Assembly (NCBI GenBank): GCA_964016885.1
Contig: OZ024740.1
Span: forward strand, 437,720,001-437,784,000
Length of the DNA: 64,000 nucleotides
Source of the DNA: Eledone cirrhosa
Taxonomy: Eukaryota
Direction of reading: 5' to 3'
Shown piece by piece: positions 1 through 11,516 of the stretch (position 1 is its first letter; each line of letters opens with the position of its first letter). The notes under the pieces are model-generated. The model did not search any database. It had not been told where the DNA came from and saw only the letters and a list, made by a program, of their open reading frames with translations. Made by a program: the position numbers and the translations under genes.

Positions 1-1300
1 TATGTATGATATGGAAATATATTTATGTGTGTGTATATTTGTGTATATATATATATGTATGTATATATGTTTATGTATGTGTATATATGTATATGCTTGT
101 GTATGTATGTGTGTATGTGTATGTTTTTATATATGTATATGTATATATATGGATGTGTGTGTATATATATATATATATGTGTATATATATATATATATGT
201 GTGTGTTTGTGTGTGTGTATATGTGAGTATAAGTGTATGAATGTTTATATATGAGTATGTGCACATGTAAGAGGAGTGTACATATACTCACACAAGTGTA
301 TATATATGTGTGTATGTGTGTGTGTGTGTATGTATGTATGTATGAGTTTGTGTGTGTGTATATATATGTATGTGTATATGTATATATGGGGGTATAGATG
401 TGTATGTGTCGATATGGATATGTATATATATGATTATATGCATGCGTGTGGATGTGTATTTAGGTTTGCATCTATTTGTACGTATGTATATTTTGGTTAG
501 ATATTAATATAACTGAACCTCTCTCTATATATAGTGTGGATATATGCACTTTGTAGACTATGAAATTTATGTGTTTTAACTATGCCAACATGTACTTATC
601 TGAGTTTGATTGTTTATGCATAAACATACTTAGTAATATTTTAGAGCGTATAATATGTTATATTATACTAAGTGCAATTTACTACACCATACTATATTGT
701 GTTGGTTAAGTTGTATATTATCGCATTACTATATCTCATTATCTTATTATAATTTTCATCTTTTAATATACTATCTTTCCTAGCCATAACATTAATTTAT
801 ATTCACCTTAAAACTCAATACAACACTAATCACCATTTATTTTGACATTCCTTTTAAATTCACTATACAAGATACATTCAACTATCAGTTTGACAATCCC
901 CTTCGTTCCTAATAGATTTCTATGCCATTTCTACTAACACCCTTCAATCATTCCTTTCAAAGGGTCATGACCTCAACCAAAGTGTATTACTTTTCATCTT
1001 AACACCATATGAAAAAAACAATTTGATTCATTAGTTCTTCAACTACCTCCAAATAAGGACATGATACTAACATGCTACTAATTCTGAGTAAAATTATTAT
1101 TGAATAAAATTATTATTGCTTTTGAAAACAGCTGGTGATATGCATGTAAGTAAATATTCTCTCTATCTGATAGTTTGTAAACTTACGTAGATCAATGACT
1201 GAGTATAGATACAATGTATTATCACCATCTAGAAATGATCGTAAAGCAGTGAAGTATATCTCTAATGACTTGATTTTTTATTTCATTGTTTTAACTTATA
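1..1300 (+). mobile_element. Probable 3' tail of a Penelope-like element: TA/TG-rich tract followed by a terminal region with a decayed hammerhead
   Basis: Layout resembles 6100-7031. Decayed hammerhead at 1115-1250 is homologous to 9213-9342. Confidence 0.45.
1115..1250 (+). ncRNA. Degenerate type I hammerhead ribozyme with long stem II insert
   Basis: Stem I ATTGCTT/AAGCAGT; core TTGAAAA (mutated CTGAAGA); stem II TGGTGATA/TATCACCA; then GAAA-TGATCG-TA. Confidence 0.5.
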
Positions 1301-1403
1301 TGCATATATATATATATATACGTTATTCCGGGTTGAATCGGAGGTAACCACAAGAATGAAACAGTTCTAGTCCTGTAGAATCTCATCTATATATATATGC
1401 ATA

Positions 1404-2823
1404 TATTATTATTGCCCTTCAGGCTATAACAGAGGAGTTCAAGACAGGCTGCCCATGGGAACTCCTATACGCAGACGACCTGACACTCATAGCGGAATCA
1501 ATGGCCGAGCTAGAGAAGAAATTCCAAACATGGAAGCACGGCCTAGAGTCAAAAGGACTTAAAATTAACCTGGCTAAGACCAAAGTACTAGTTTGTAGGA
1601 AAGAAAACAAGGCGGCGGTCCCTTCTGGGAAATGGTCGTGCTCGGTGTGTAGGAAAGGCGTAGGTAGAAACTCCATTTTATGTCCTAAATGCAAAGTATG
1701 GGTGCATAAAAGATGTAGTGGGATCACAGGTAAGCTAACTAAGAACATAGATTTTACATGTGGCCGGTGCTCTGGTGCAATAAGTAGCAGCAAGTGCCCA
1801 CAAACTACTAGCTCTTTCAATTGCGCAGAGGGTTCTATAGAAATAGTGGACAGCTTCCGTTACCTGGGCGATAAAATCAGCAGTGGGGGAGGGTGCTCTG
1901 AAAGTACTGTAGCTAGAGTCAGAACTGGTTGGAAAAAGTTCAGAGAGCTTATACCACTATTAGCTGCTAAAGGGTTCTCACTAAAAATGAAAGGCAGGTT
2001 GTACGATGCCTGCATACGAACAGCAATGCTGCATGGCAGTGAGACCTGGGCATTGTGTGCAGAGGATATACGCAGACTAGAGAGGAACGAAGCTTGCATG
2101 CTCCGCTGGATGTGTAACAGTAATATACGTGAACGGCAAAGCATAAACGAACTAAGGAAAAAATTAGAGATAAGAGGGATCAGATGTTGTTTACTCGAGA
2201 GAAGGCTACGTTGGTATGGACACGTGATGCGCATGAAAGTCGATAGCTGTATAACAAAGTGCAGGGCAATAAAGATAGACGGTAGTCACGGAATAGGCAG
2301 ACCTAGAAAAACCTGGGACGAGCTGATAAACTCCGACATCACACACTTACACCTCTCCAAGACAATGTCACTGGACCGAGACCTTTGGCGGTACTCAGTA
2401 ACAGAGAAGACCCGCCTTACCTAAATATATAGTAAAACCTACTCCAGCCAGTAGGCATCTCTAACAAAATACACCCCGTCCCACCACCCCCACCCCCACC
2501 CGATCCACACCACCCCGTTCTATGTAAAGTTATGTTGGTGCCGCGCCATCGAGGCCGAAACAAATGAGATCGTGTAGGTGTCACGACAAAAAAACACACA
2601 GTCCACGCTGTAATGTGGCCGTGTAGGCAACACGGTAAAAACCTCCCAGACCCACACTGTAAATGTGGTTGGTGTTAGGAAGGGCATCCAACTGTAGAAA
2701 ACCTGCCAGACAGTCCTATGCGAGCAAGACAATCACTCTTGCCTCAAGTGGGACTACCCCCGTCCAAACCCATGCAAGCGTGGAACACGGACGTTAAACG
2801 TTGATGATGATGATGATGATGAT
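1404..2823 (+). mobile_element. 5'-truncated RTE-clade LINE (RT C-terminal half, PHD finger, 3'UTR, (GAT)n tail)
   Basis: In-frame YADD at 1468-1479. ORF 1501-2424 has FRYLG, GSETW, LRWYGHVMRM and GRPRKTW motifs. (GAT)n tail runs into (TA)n. Confidence 0.92.
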
Positions 2824-2846
2824 ATATATATGCATATATATATATA

Positions 2847-3545
<699 letters not shown>

Positions 3546-3621
3546 TATTTATTGCTGTTGGATTTTAAAAACAAAAACTTTTTGTTTTTAAAATCCAATG
3601 CCAATAAATACACCAGGATTT

Positions 3622-3682
3622 TTTCATTCTGATGATTGAAAGTAAAATTTTTTTGCTTTTAAGAAACCACTGGTAAATGAAA
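3622..3682 (+). ncRNA. Intact type I hammerhead ribozyme
   Basis: TTTCATT-CTGATGA-TTGAAAGTAAAA/TTTTGCTTTTAA-GAAA-CCACTGG-TA^AATGAAA. All three stems pair and the core is canonical. Confidence 0.85.
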
Positions 3683-3793
3683 TAATTACCTTATGTTGTT
3701 TATTACATAACTATTAAGCTCTGTTACCTACATAGAGCACTCTTTTTTTCCTGGACTTTTCCGACGGAATTACTTCATTTATATATATATATA

Positions 3794-3849
<56 letters not shown>

Positions 3850-4021
3850 TATATATATACTATATATGCATATATATATATATATGCATATATATATATA
3901 TGCATATATATATACTATATATGCATATATATATACTATATATGCATATATATATATACTATATATGCATATATAGTATATAAGAACCGTAGAGCAAATA
4001 TTTATTAAAATAACAGATTAA

Positions 4022-4072
4022 AGTTTAAGCAAAGAATTGCTGCTTTCACCCTTAACGGGATCTTCTGAAACT
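4022..4072 (-). ncRNA. Hammerhead ribozyme variant (CAGAAGA core) in the left pseudo-LTR
   Basis: Reverse complement reads AGTTT-CAGAAGA-TCCCGTTAAGGGT-GAAA-GCA..TGC-TT^AAACT. Confidence 0.7.
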
Positions 4073-4316
4073 AAAAAATGAATCTGTGAACACAAAAGTA
4101 AATATTTCGAAAAACGTTGCAACCAAAGGAAGACAGGAAGATGATACTTTGGTTCCTGGAAACGTTCCCTGGCAAAGAACGGAAAAAAATAAAGATAATA
4201 CGTCAATATTTGGAGCGGTGAAAACAATTACATGCAAAGACAAAACCACGTTTATGGTATAAATGAAGTCGTAGACTAATATTCAATTAGGTGGTTCGTG
4301 GAGATGTTCTCTGGCA

Positions 4317-6098
4317 ATGAACGGAAAAAACGAAGATAATACGTCATTATATCAACTGCTACATAATGCTGTAACTAAGGATTACCGTAAAACTAATCGG
4401 AGCGTCATTAATGACATCAACGATGCTGGGTTTAAAATAACCTCTGACCTCAACATCCTGGACCGGACTGAACCTCTGGACCCTATTTCTCCCCACTTTA
4501 CTCTGAAGGATCACAAATCCAATTTCCCGAACAACCCCTCTATTCAGCTTATTAACCCTACGAAGTCCGATTTATGTAGACTTAGTAAAAGGATTTTAGA
4601 TAGAATTATATCTGAAATTAGAAGTTTGGCCCCTCTTGCACTGTGGAACAATTCTTTCATGGTGATTGATTGGTTCAACGGCATATGCAACAAGGAAGAT
4701 TGCCGTTTTATCCAATTCGACATCAATAATTACTACTCCTCCATCACTTTACCACTTCCTCTTAGAGCTATCAATTTCGCTAAAACACTCACAGTGGTTA
4801 AGGATTTCGAAGTTGATGTCATCCTCAATGCCCGTAAGTTGGTCATTAATTTCGACGACTCTATTTGGATTAAAAAATCTAATAGTACCCCATTCGACGT
4901 GAGTATGGGCGCCAGCGATTCTGCGGAGGTTACTGATCTTATCGGCCTTTTCCTTCTTTTCTCTATCAAGGAAGAATTCCCCAACATGGGCGGTGGTTTG
5001 TACCGTGATGACAGTCTTTTGACCATGACAAAGTGCGGCCCACGTGCTTGCGACAGGTTCAGAAAAGAATTCACAGCTTTCTTTAAAGGCTTCAACCTCT
5101 CCATACAGGTTGAGGCCAACCTTTCAGTCGTTAATTACCTCGACGTTACCCTCAATTTGTCGAATGGCTTGCACTACCCGTATAGAAAGCCGAATGATAC
5201 GCTTAATTACATAAGTAAGCATTCTAACCATCCTGCCAGCATAACCAAGAAACTGGTAAGAAACGTTTCTTTGAGACTTTCCCGTCTATCTACAAATGTG
5301 CATATTTTCACCGATCATTCCACATATTACAATGAAGCTCTTGCTCAGAGTGGATTTGTCGATAAGGTAGCATATACAGAGTATGAGAATAGACCTAGGA
5401 AAAATAGATCCCGACGCATTATATGGTATAACCCATCATATAATATGGAGGTGGCCACACCATTAGCTAAGATCTTTCTCTCCCTTATTATGAAGCATTT
5501 CCCCCCAGCACATAATTATAGTAAAATTTTTAATAGAAATACCATTAAAATTTCTTACTCTACGACTCCTAACCTTGCACATAACAATATCACAGCTTCG
5601 AATTTAGCTAAATTACCTAGCCATAGGAACACGTGCAACCCTGTAGCTAGTCCTAACTGTAATTGTAGGAATCGGGTTGACTGCCCCCTATCCGGGAAAT
5701 GCCTCTCTAGTAACATTGTCTACAAATGTAAGGTTGAAACACCCACGTCCCGTAGGGCCTACATAGGGTTAACCGCCAATAGATTCAAGCAGCGTCTTTA
5801 CATGCATACCCATTCATTTGTTAACCCTTTAAGAAGGAATATGACGTCACTTTCAGATTATATCTGGAGTCTAAAAGACAACCACACCCAATATAAGTTA
5901 CACTGGGAGATCCTAGCTAAGGCTAGATCGTATAATGGTAATAAAAGACCATGTGACCTCTGTGCCACTGAAGCCCTGGAAATACTCTACACCAAAGACC
6001 ACATCTTAAACAAAAAATCTGAGGCAATTTCGGCTTGTAAACATAAATTGCACAAAACTTTCCTGTATTACAGCCTCACATTATACCCTAATGGATAG
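4317..6098 (+). CDS. Penelope-like reverse transcriptase plus GIY-YIG endonuclease, 5'-truncated but open (593 aa)
   Basis: FTLKDHK, QFDINNYY, MGASDSAE, LYRDD and YLDV RT motifs. CNCR..CPLSGKC, VYKC...YIGLT, CDLC..E and LNKKSE endonuclease motifs. Confidence 0.9.
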   Translation: MNGKNEDNTSLYQLLHNAVTKDYRKTNRSVINDINDAGFKITSDLNILDRTEPLDPISPHFTLKDHKSNFPNNPSIQLINPTKSDLCRLSKRILDRIISEIRSLAPLALWNNSFMVIDWFNGICNKEDCRFIQFDINNYYSSITLPLPLRAINFAKTLTVVKDFEVDVILNARKLVINFDDSIWIKKSNSTPFDVSMGASDSAEVTDLIGLFLLFSIKEEFPNMGGGLYRDDSLLTMTKCGPRACDRFRKEFTAFFKGFNLSIQVEANLSVVNYLDVTLNLSNGLHYPYRKPNDTLNYISKHSNHPASITKKLVRNVSLRLSRLSTNVHIFTDHSTYYNEALAQSGFVDKVAYTEYENRPRKNRSRRIIWYNPSYNMEVATPLAKIFLSLIMKHFPPAHNYSKIFNRNTIKISYSTTPNLAHNNITASNLAKLPSHRNTCNPVASPNCNCRNRVDCPLSGKCLSSNIVYKCKVETPTSRRAYIGLTANRFKQRLYMHTHSFVNPLRRNMTSLSDYIWSLKDNHTQYKLHWEILAKARSYNGNKRPCDLCATEALEILYTKDHILNKKSEAISACKHKLHKTFLYYSLTLYPNG

Positions 6099-6956
6099 TA
6101 CGAACTATACGCGGATATTTTACGTCTTTATGTGGTAGCTAAGTATATGTTATGTTTATACCATTACTTATTTGTAAAGGTAAGTATATATTATCTGTGT
6201 TTTGTGAAGATACGTATATTTGCTTGTATATGTTATAGGCATATATATTATATTATATATACTGGTACATGTGCATATTGTTATGTGTATACGTGAGTTT
6301 TGCGTCTGTGTGAGTATGCGGGTTCGTACGTATGTAGGGTGTGTGTATATGTGTACTTTGTGTTTTGGTTGAAGTACGTTTAGCAAACATATGTGTATTT
6401 ACATGTAGGTATGTGTGTGTATATTTATATACGTTTATATAATTATATGTATACACGCACACACACACACACACATATATATTTTTTTTTATGTGTATTT
6501 TGTGTACACGTTCGTATGTGTGCAGGTACAGGCGTTGCGTGGGTTCTGTACACGCGTGCGTGTTTTTTGGAGTATGTGCTTGATTTTGCATACCCATGGC
6601 GGGTGTTTTCGCATATGCATGTGTATGTACGTATATGGATGCGTGCATGTATATATTTAATTTTTGTTGATTTCAATTACCTCTGTAATTTATTTACATT
6701 ATTCTTAACTCTGAAGCCGAGAATCATTTGGTTTCCTAAATAGAATTTTAGTCTACGACTTCAGTTATACCATTTACGTGGTTTTGTCTTTGCGTGTAAT
6801 TGTTTTCACCGCTCCACATAATGACGTATTATCTTTATTTTTTTCCGTTCTTTGCCAGGGAACGTTTCCAGGAACCAAAGTATCATCTTCCTGTCTTCCT
6901 TCGGTTGAAACGTTTTTCGAAATATTTACTTCTGCATTCACAGATTGATTTTTTTT

Positions 6957-7007
6957 AGTTTCAGAAGATCCCGTTAAGGGTGAAAGCAACGATTCTTTGC
7001 TTAAACT
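6957..7007 (+). ncRNA. Hammerhead ribozyme variant (CAGAAGA core) in the right pseudo-LTR
   Basis: AGTTT-CAGAAGA-TCCCGTTAAGGGT-GAAA-GCAA cgattct TTGC-TT^AAACT. Confidence 0.72.
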
Positions 7008-7056
7008 TTAATCTGTTATTTTAATAAATATATGCATATATATATATATATATATA

Positions 7057-7240
7057 TAGGAACAAGTAAGACCCCGACGGCTGAGCTCAAGCCGTTTCGA
7101 CGGCTAATTCAGTCCAGAATTAGCCGTCGAAACGGCTTGAGCTCAGCCGTCGGGGTCTTACTTGTTCCTATTACCCACTCTACTACCCTAAGTATTGAGT
7201 ACTATGGCCCACCTGGTTCCTTACTACATTTCCTTCGTTA
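7057..7240 (+). mobile_element. Short fold-back element containing the 3' half of a hammerhead (Penelope terminal remnant)
   Basis: Perfect hairpin with arms of about 53 bp at 7057-7170, containing GAAA-CGGCTTGAGCTCAGCCG-TC. Downstream CACTCTACTACC..GTATTGAGTACT motif is shared with the copies at 18180, 18887, 22441 and 23520. Confidence 0.7.
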
Positions 7241-7264
7241 TATATATATATATATATATATATA

Positions 7265-7872
7265 TACAAATAAAAGGCAGAGTTAATAACTCCTATTGAT
7301 ACCCTGTAATTAACAAGCTCAAAGTATAAATACTGAGCATTTCAATAATATATGTAGTAATAAACACAGTAAATCGTGTCTAAAATTACGAGGGTTGAAA
7401 TACCACATTATTATTGAAATGCTCAGTATTTATACTTTGAGCTTGTTAATTACAGGGTATCAGTATGAGTTATTAACTCTGCCTTTTATTTGTATTTCGG
7501 CTCCCTACTAGGTGAGCTTATAAGTTGGGTGTATTAGGCTATTGTTTCTAGCCAATCCACTCACGCCACTTTTGACTTCTAGCACACGAGGTGAAATATT
7601 CATTCGTGTGGCTTTGGCTTAGGTGTTTGTTTCATTTAATCTATTCTCTCGCTGATGATGCCCGCGGATTATCTGTTACAAACACAATTCTCAGGGCAAA
7701 ACAGATTAAATCCATTATCTATCCGGGAGATGTAATAGTTATTGAGGTGGTCTGTATATATTTTATTTTATGTATATTCCGTTTGCTTCTGATTAAATTT
7801 CTCAAACAAATGTGGTATTTCAACCCTCGTAATTTTAGACACACGATTTACTGTGTTTATTACTACATATAT
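7265..7872. mobile_element. Rearranged Penelope-type terminal element with nested inverted repeats and a decayed hammerhead (7645-7730)
   Basis: Inverted repeats 7265-7350/7410-7495 and about 7350-7408/7810-7872. TCTCTCG-CTGATGA-TGCCC..GGGC-AAAA-CAGAT..ATCTA-TC-CGGGAGA. Confidence 0.6.
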
Positions 7873-8232
7873 TATATATATATATATATATGCATATATA
7901 TATGCATATATAAAATTGAAAAAGTGGAGAATAACATGGTCAACAGTACAAAAAAGGGGATTTATTTGCAGTCTTCACTGATAGAGTTGTCTCAAAATTG
8001 CTGAACACTAAAAGCAGTGTCACTCAATTTTAAATACGATGTAAATACTATTAGATCATCGGAATCTGCAACACCGTACGCTAAAACTATCCATAATAAG
8101 AAGTATTCACAACCTCTAATTAGATTATCTATAACAATATTTTGTTATCCTTTATATGCATATGTATATATATATATATATATATAGACGTTAAACGAGG
8201 ATGATATGCACCCACATATATATATATATATA

Positions 8233-8520
8233 TCCCGATCCCCCCCACGGGTACAAGCCGAAGCTGAAGTATATAGACAATATGCCCCTACACCCTCCCA
8301 CTGCAAAGTGGTCGTGGAGGTGCCACGGCAAAAAAGCACCCAGCCCACACTGTAAATGAGGCTGGTGTTAGGAAGGGCATCCAGCTGTAGAAATCAAGCC
8401 AGAATCAGTTCCCGTATGAGCAAGACAAGGTCAGCTGTCCGGACACTGCCCACAACAGGACAACCCGTCTAACCGATGCTAGCATGGAAGAACAGATGTA
8501 AAACGGTGATGATGATGATA
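8233..8520 (+). mobile_element. RTE LINE 3'UTR fragment
   Basis: Matches 33200-33475 and ends in (GAT)n. Confidence 0.75.
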
Positions 8521-8537
8521 TATGCATATATATATGT

Positions 8538-8826
8538 GAAGGCACATGGCATATTGGTTAAAGTATTAGGCTTGCAATCGAAAGGTTGTGAGTTCAATTC
8601 TTGGACCGGGTGATGTGTTGTTACCTTCAGCAAGACACTTTATTTCACGTTGCTCCAGTTTACTCGGCTGTAGAAATGAATACCGGACTGCCCACCCAGC
8701 CAGTGGGATGGCGTTTTCTTATGGCTAAAACAACACGACGTGCTGTGACCAGCGGCGCCGATTGGTGCCCGACAGACTGGTCGGTCAAGGTGATATATAT
8801 ATATAGAGATGTTAAACGATGATGAT
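8538..8826 (+). mobile_element. tRNA-derived CORE-like SINE
   Basis: tRNA head GGCACATGGC..GAGTTCAATTC followed by CAGCAAGACACTT. Confidence 0.75.
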
Positions 8827-8927
8827 GCCATGCACATATATATATATATGCACATATATATATATATGCATATATATATATGCATATATATATGTGTATA
8901 TATATACATATAAACATATATCATTAT

Positions 8928-9100
8928 ATGGCAGTATCAGTAGAGTCGGACTCCATGCTTTGTAGCATAGAGTATTGGCCCTTTATAGTCTGAGTTCAAA
9001 TCCCGCCGAGGTTCATTTTGCCTTTCATCCTTACGGGGTCGATAAAATAAAGTACCAGTAATGTACTGGGATAATTACTGGCCTTGTGCCAAAAGTAGAA

Positions 9101-9102
<2 letters not shown>
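8928..9102 (+). mobile_element. tRNA-SINE, second family (Meta/MESC-like central domain)
   Basis: GGCAGTATC..GAGTTCAAATCCCGCCGAGG..GCCTTTCATCCTTACGGGGTCGATAAAATAAAGTACCAG. More than ten copies occur in the window. Confidence 0.8.
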
Positions 9103-9158
<56 letters not shown>

Positions 9159-9212
9159 TAATAAAAACAATTAATAAAAACAAAGAACAAATTCCTTATA
9201 TTAAAAAATTCA

Positions 9213-9342
9213 TCATTTTACGATCGTTTCTAGGATATATATGTGTGTTCGTATGTATATCATATAGATCTATGTAAAAATATTACAAACTATCAGAGGA
9301 AATATACATACCTACACATATATATGCTGTCTTCAGAACTAA
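9213..9342 (-). ncRNA. Hammerhead-like motif with about 95-nt stem II insert
   Basis: Minus strand CTGAAGA (9336-9330) ... GAAA-CGATCG-TA (9230-9219). The insert is homologous to the one at 1130-1230. Stem I is weak. Confidence 0.5.
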
Positions 9343-9474
9343 TGAGATTTGTTTATTGAAAAAAAACAACAAAGATTTAATATAATAGGTCTGTTTGGGA
9401 AAAGGTTTTGAATTGACCAATTGAAAAGTTGTAAGAGGTCAAGTTGATAGAACAGTAGTAGTAGAAATTTAATT

Positions 9475-9506
<32 letters not shown>

Positions 9507-9857
9507 CAATATATTAATAAATGGAAACTATATTTATAAAACTATATTTATTTTATTATATATATTTCATATATTATATATATTTCATATATACATATGT
9601 GTATAAGTATATTGATGATGTTGATTATGAATGTGTGTATTTGTATATACTTATATATATATATATTTATATGCTCACACACACACAAACTTATATATAT
9701 ATATATAAATTTTGAGTATATGTTGGTTGTATACTAACACCTCAGTATGCAGATTGGAGCACTCGACGAAGTGCGCAGGTTGGTTTGGTTACTCCGGAGT
9801 AATATAAAATAAAATAAAATAAATAAGTCAAATGTTTAAAATTTGGCTTCGTTTATT

Positions 9858-9912
9858 ACTGCTATATATATTTCGGTGACAGCCATCTTTATCTGTGACC
9901 TCTTCAGGCAGT
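9858..9912 (-). ncRNA. Intact minimal type I hammerhead ribozyme with palindromic stem III
   Basis: Reverse complement reads ACTGC-CTGAAGA-GGT..ACC-GAAA-TATATA-TA^GCAGT. Confidence 0.85.
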
Positions 9913-11461
9913 CCGAATTATTGTGGTAGAGACAAGTACACATGTTGTTGAGGTGTATAACTTTGTCAATACTCTGATATGCCCAGTTCCTGGTTGGGTT
10001 GTTATTTCACTGAAGAACTGGAATCATATGAATTTAAACAAACGAATTTCAGCGTCAAAGGGCCTCTTCTCCTCTCATTGGTCAGTTGTTAGAACATTCC
10101 TCAGTCAAAAGTCTATAGAAATTCGTTCTGAGGCAAGCCAATCTGTAGTTGTTGTTCTTGTTATTGTTAGGTACATCTGACCTCTATGCTTATGTTGGTA
10201 GTGGTGTTGTTGTTGGAGTCAGCTAAAAAAAAAGGTGATAAAGTGGTAGAAGGAATAAGATGGTAAAGGAACAAAATAAAATAAAATAATTGAATAAAAT
10301 GTGTGTGTGTGTGTTATACCCATCTCAATGTTATAAAGATTTGTAAGGTCAAACTTCCCATTGGTCAGTTTTGAGAGCATTCCTCAGTCCAAAGTCTATA
10401 GAAATTCTTTCTGGGGTGAGGCTCCCTGTAGTGTTTGTGTTTGCTATTGTTAAGTACATCTGACCTCTACCCTTATTTTGGTAGTGTTGTTGGTGTTGTG
10501 TTCAGCTTATGTCTTGCTGCTGCTGAGAATTTAGAAGTATCTGTGTGTGTGTTTCTTCATCCCTCCTGCCACCATCTCCCGTGGTGGTGGTGGTGGCGGT
10601 GGTGGGGTTCTGTCATGTATATGAAGAAATAGAAGGCAATAAAATGAAGAAAACAGAAAATAAATAATAGAGAATAAATGAAAAATTAATGAAAAAGTAA
10701 TGAAGATGAAAAGTGAAAAATAAAAATGAAGATTCAAATAAAATAAGATAAAATGTGTGTGTGCTATAACCAACCTCAAGGTCAGAAATATGTTGGATAG
10801 AGTGGTAAAAGAATAAAATGAAATAGGATAATCAAATAAAATGTGTGTGTGTTATAACCAATATCAACTTAAATATAAATATAAGGTGATAAAGTGAAGA
10901 AAACAGAAAACAAATAACAAATGAATAATGAGAAATTAAAAATGAAAAATCAAAAATATAGTAAATTAAAATGTGTGTGTTATAAAGATGTTGGCCAAAT
11001 TATAAAGGCTGTGTCAGAATCAATCTCTAGGCTATCATGGTGTCTGCTCAGCCTGGGTTGGTCCCTATGGCTTGAGGGGAGTTCCCAACCTATGGTGTTG
11101 TTACTGCCCATATAGCTTGAGGGAGGTCTGGCCGAGAGGTGTCTACATGTGCTGACTTCAACAACAACACCACTACCAACATAAGAATAGAGGTCAGATG
11201 TACCTAACAATAACAAGAACAACAACTACAGATTGGCTTGCCTCAGAACGAATTTCTATAGACTTTTGACTGAGGAATGTTCTAACAACTGACCAATGAG
11301 AGGCGAAGAGGCCCTTTGACGCTGAAATTTGTTTGTTTAAATTCATATGATTCCAGTTCCTCAGTGAAATAACAACCCAACCAGGAACTGGGCATATCAG
11401 AGTATTGACAAAGTTATACACCTCAATAACATGTGTACTCGTCTTTACCACACTAATTCGG

Positions 11462-11516
11462 ACTGCCTGAAGAGGTCACAGCCAAAGATGGCTGTCACCC
11501 AAATATATATAGCAGT
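11462..11516 (+). ncRNA. Hammerhead copy with catalytic GAAA mutated to CAAA
   Basis: ACTGC-CTGAAGA-GGTCACAGCCAaagaTGGCTGTCACC-CAAA-TATATATA-GCAGT. Confidence 0.75.

Larger units (their letters stand above)
3998..7031 (+). mobile_element. Penelope-like retroelement (probably Naiad-type) with inverted pseudo-LTRs
   Basis: About 295-bp inverted repeats at 3998-4291 and 6735-7031 enclose an RT + GIY-YIG ORF. The element sits in (TA)n. Confidence 0.9.

Noticed and set aside
1419-2234. Antisense ORFs over RTE, Penelope, Tx1 and ankyrin coding regions
   Set aside because: Shadow ORFs of the real coding strand.
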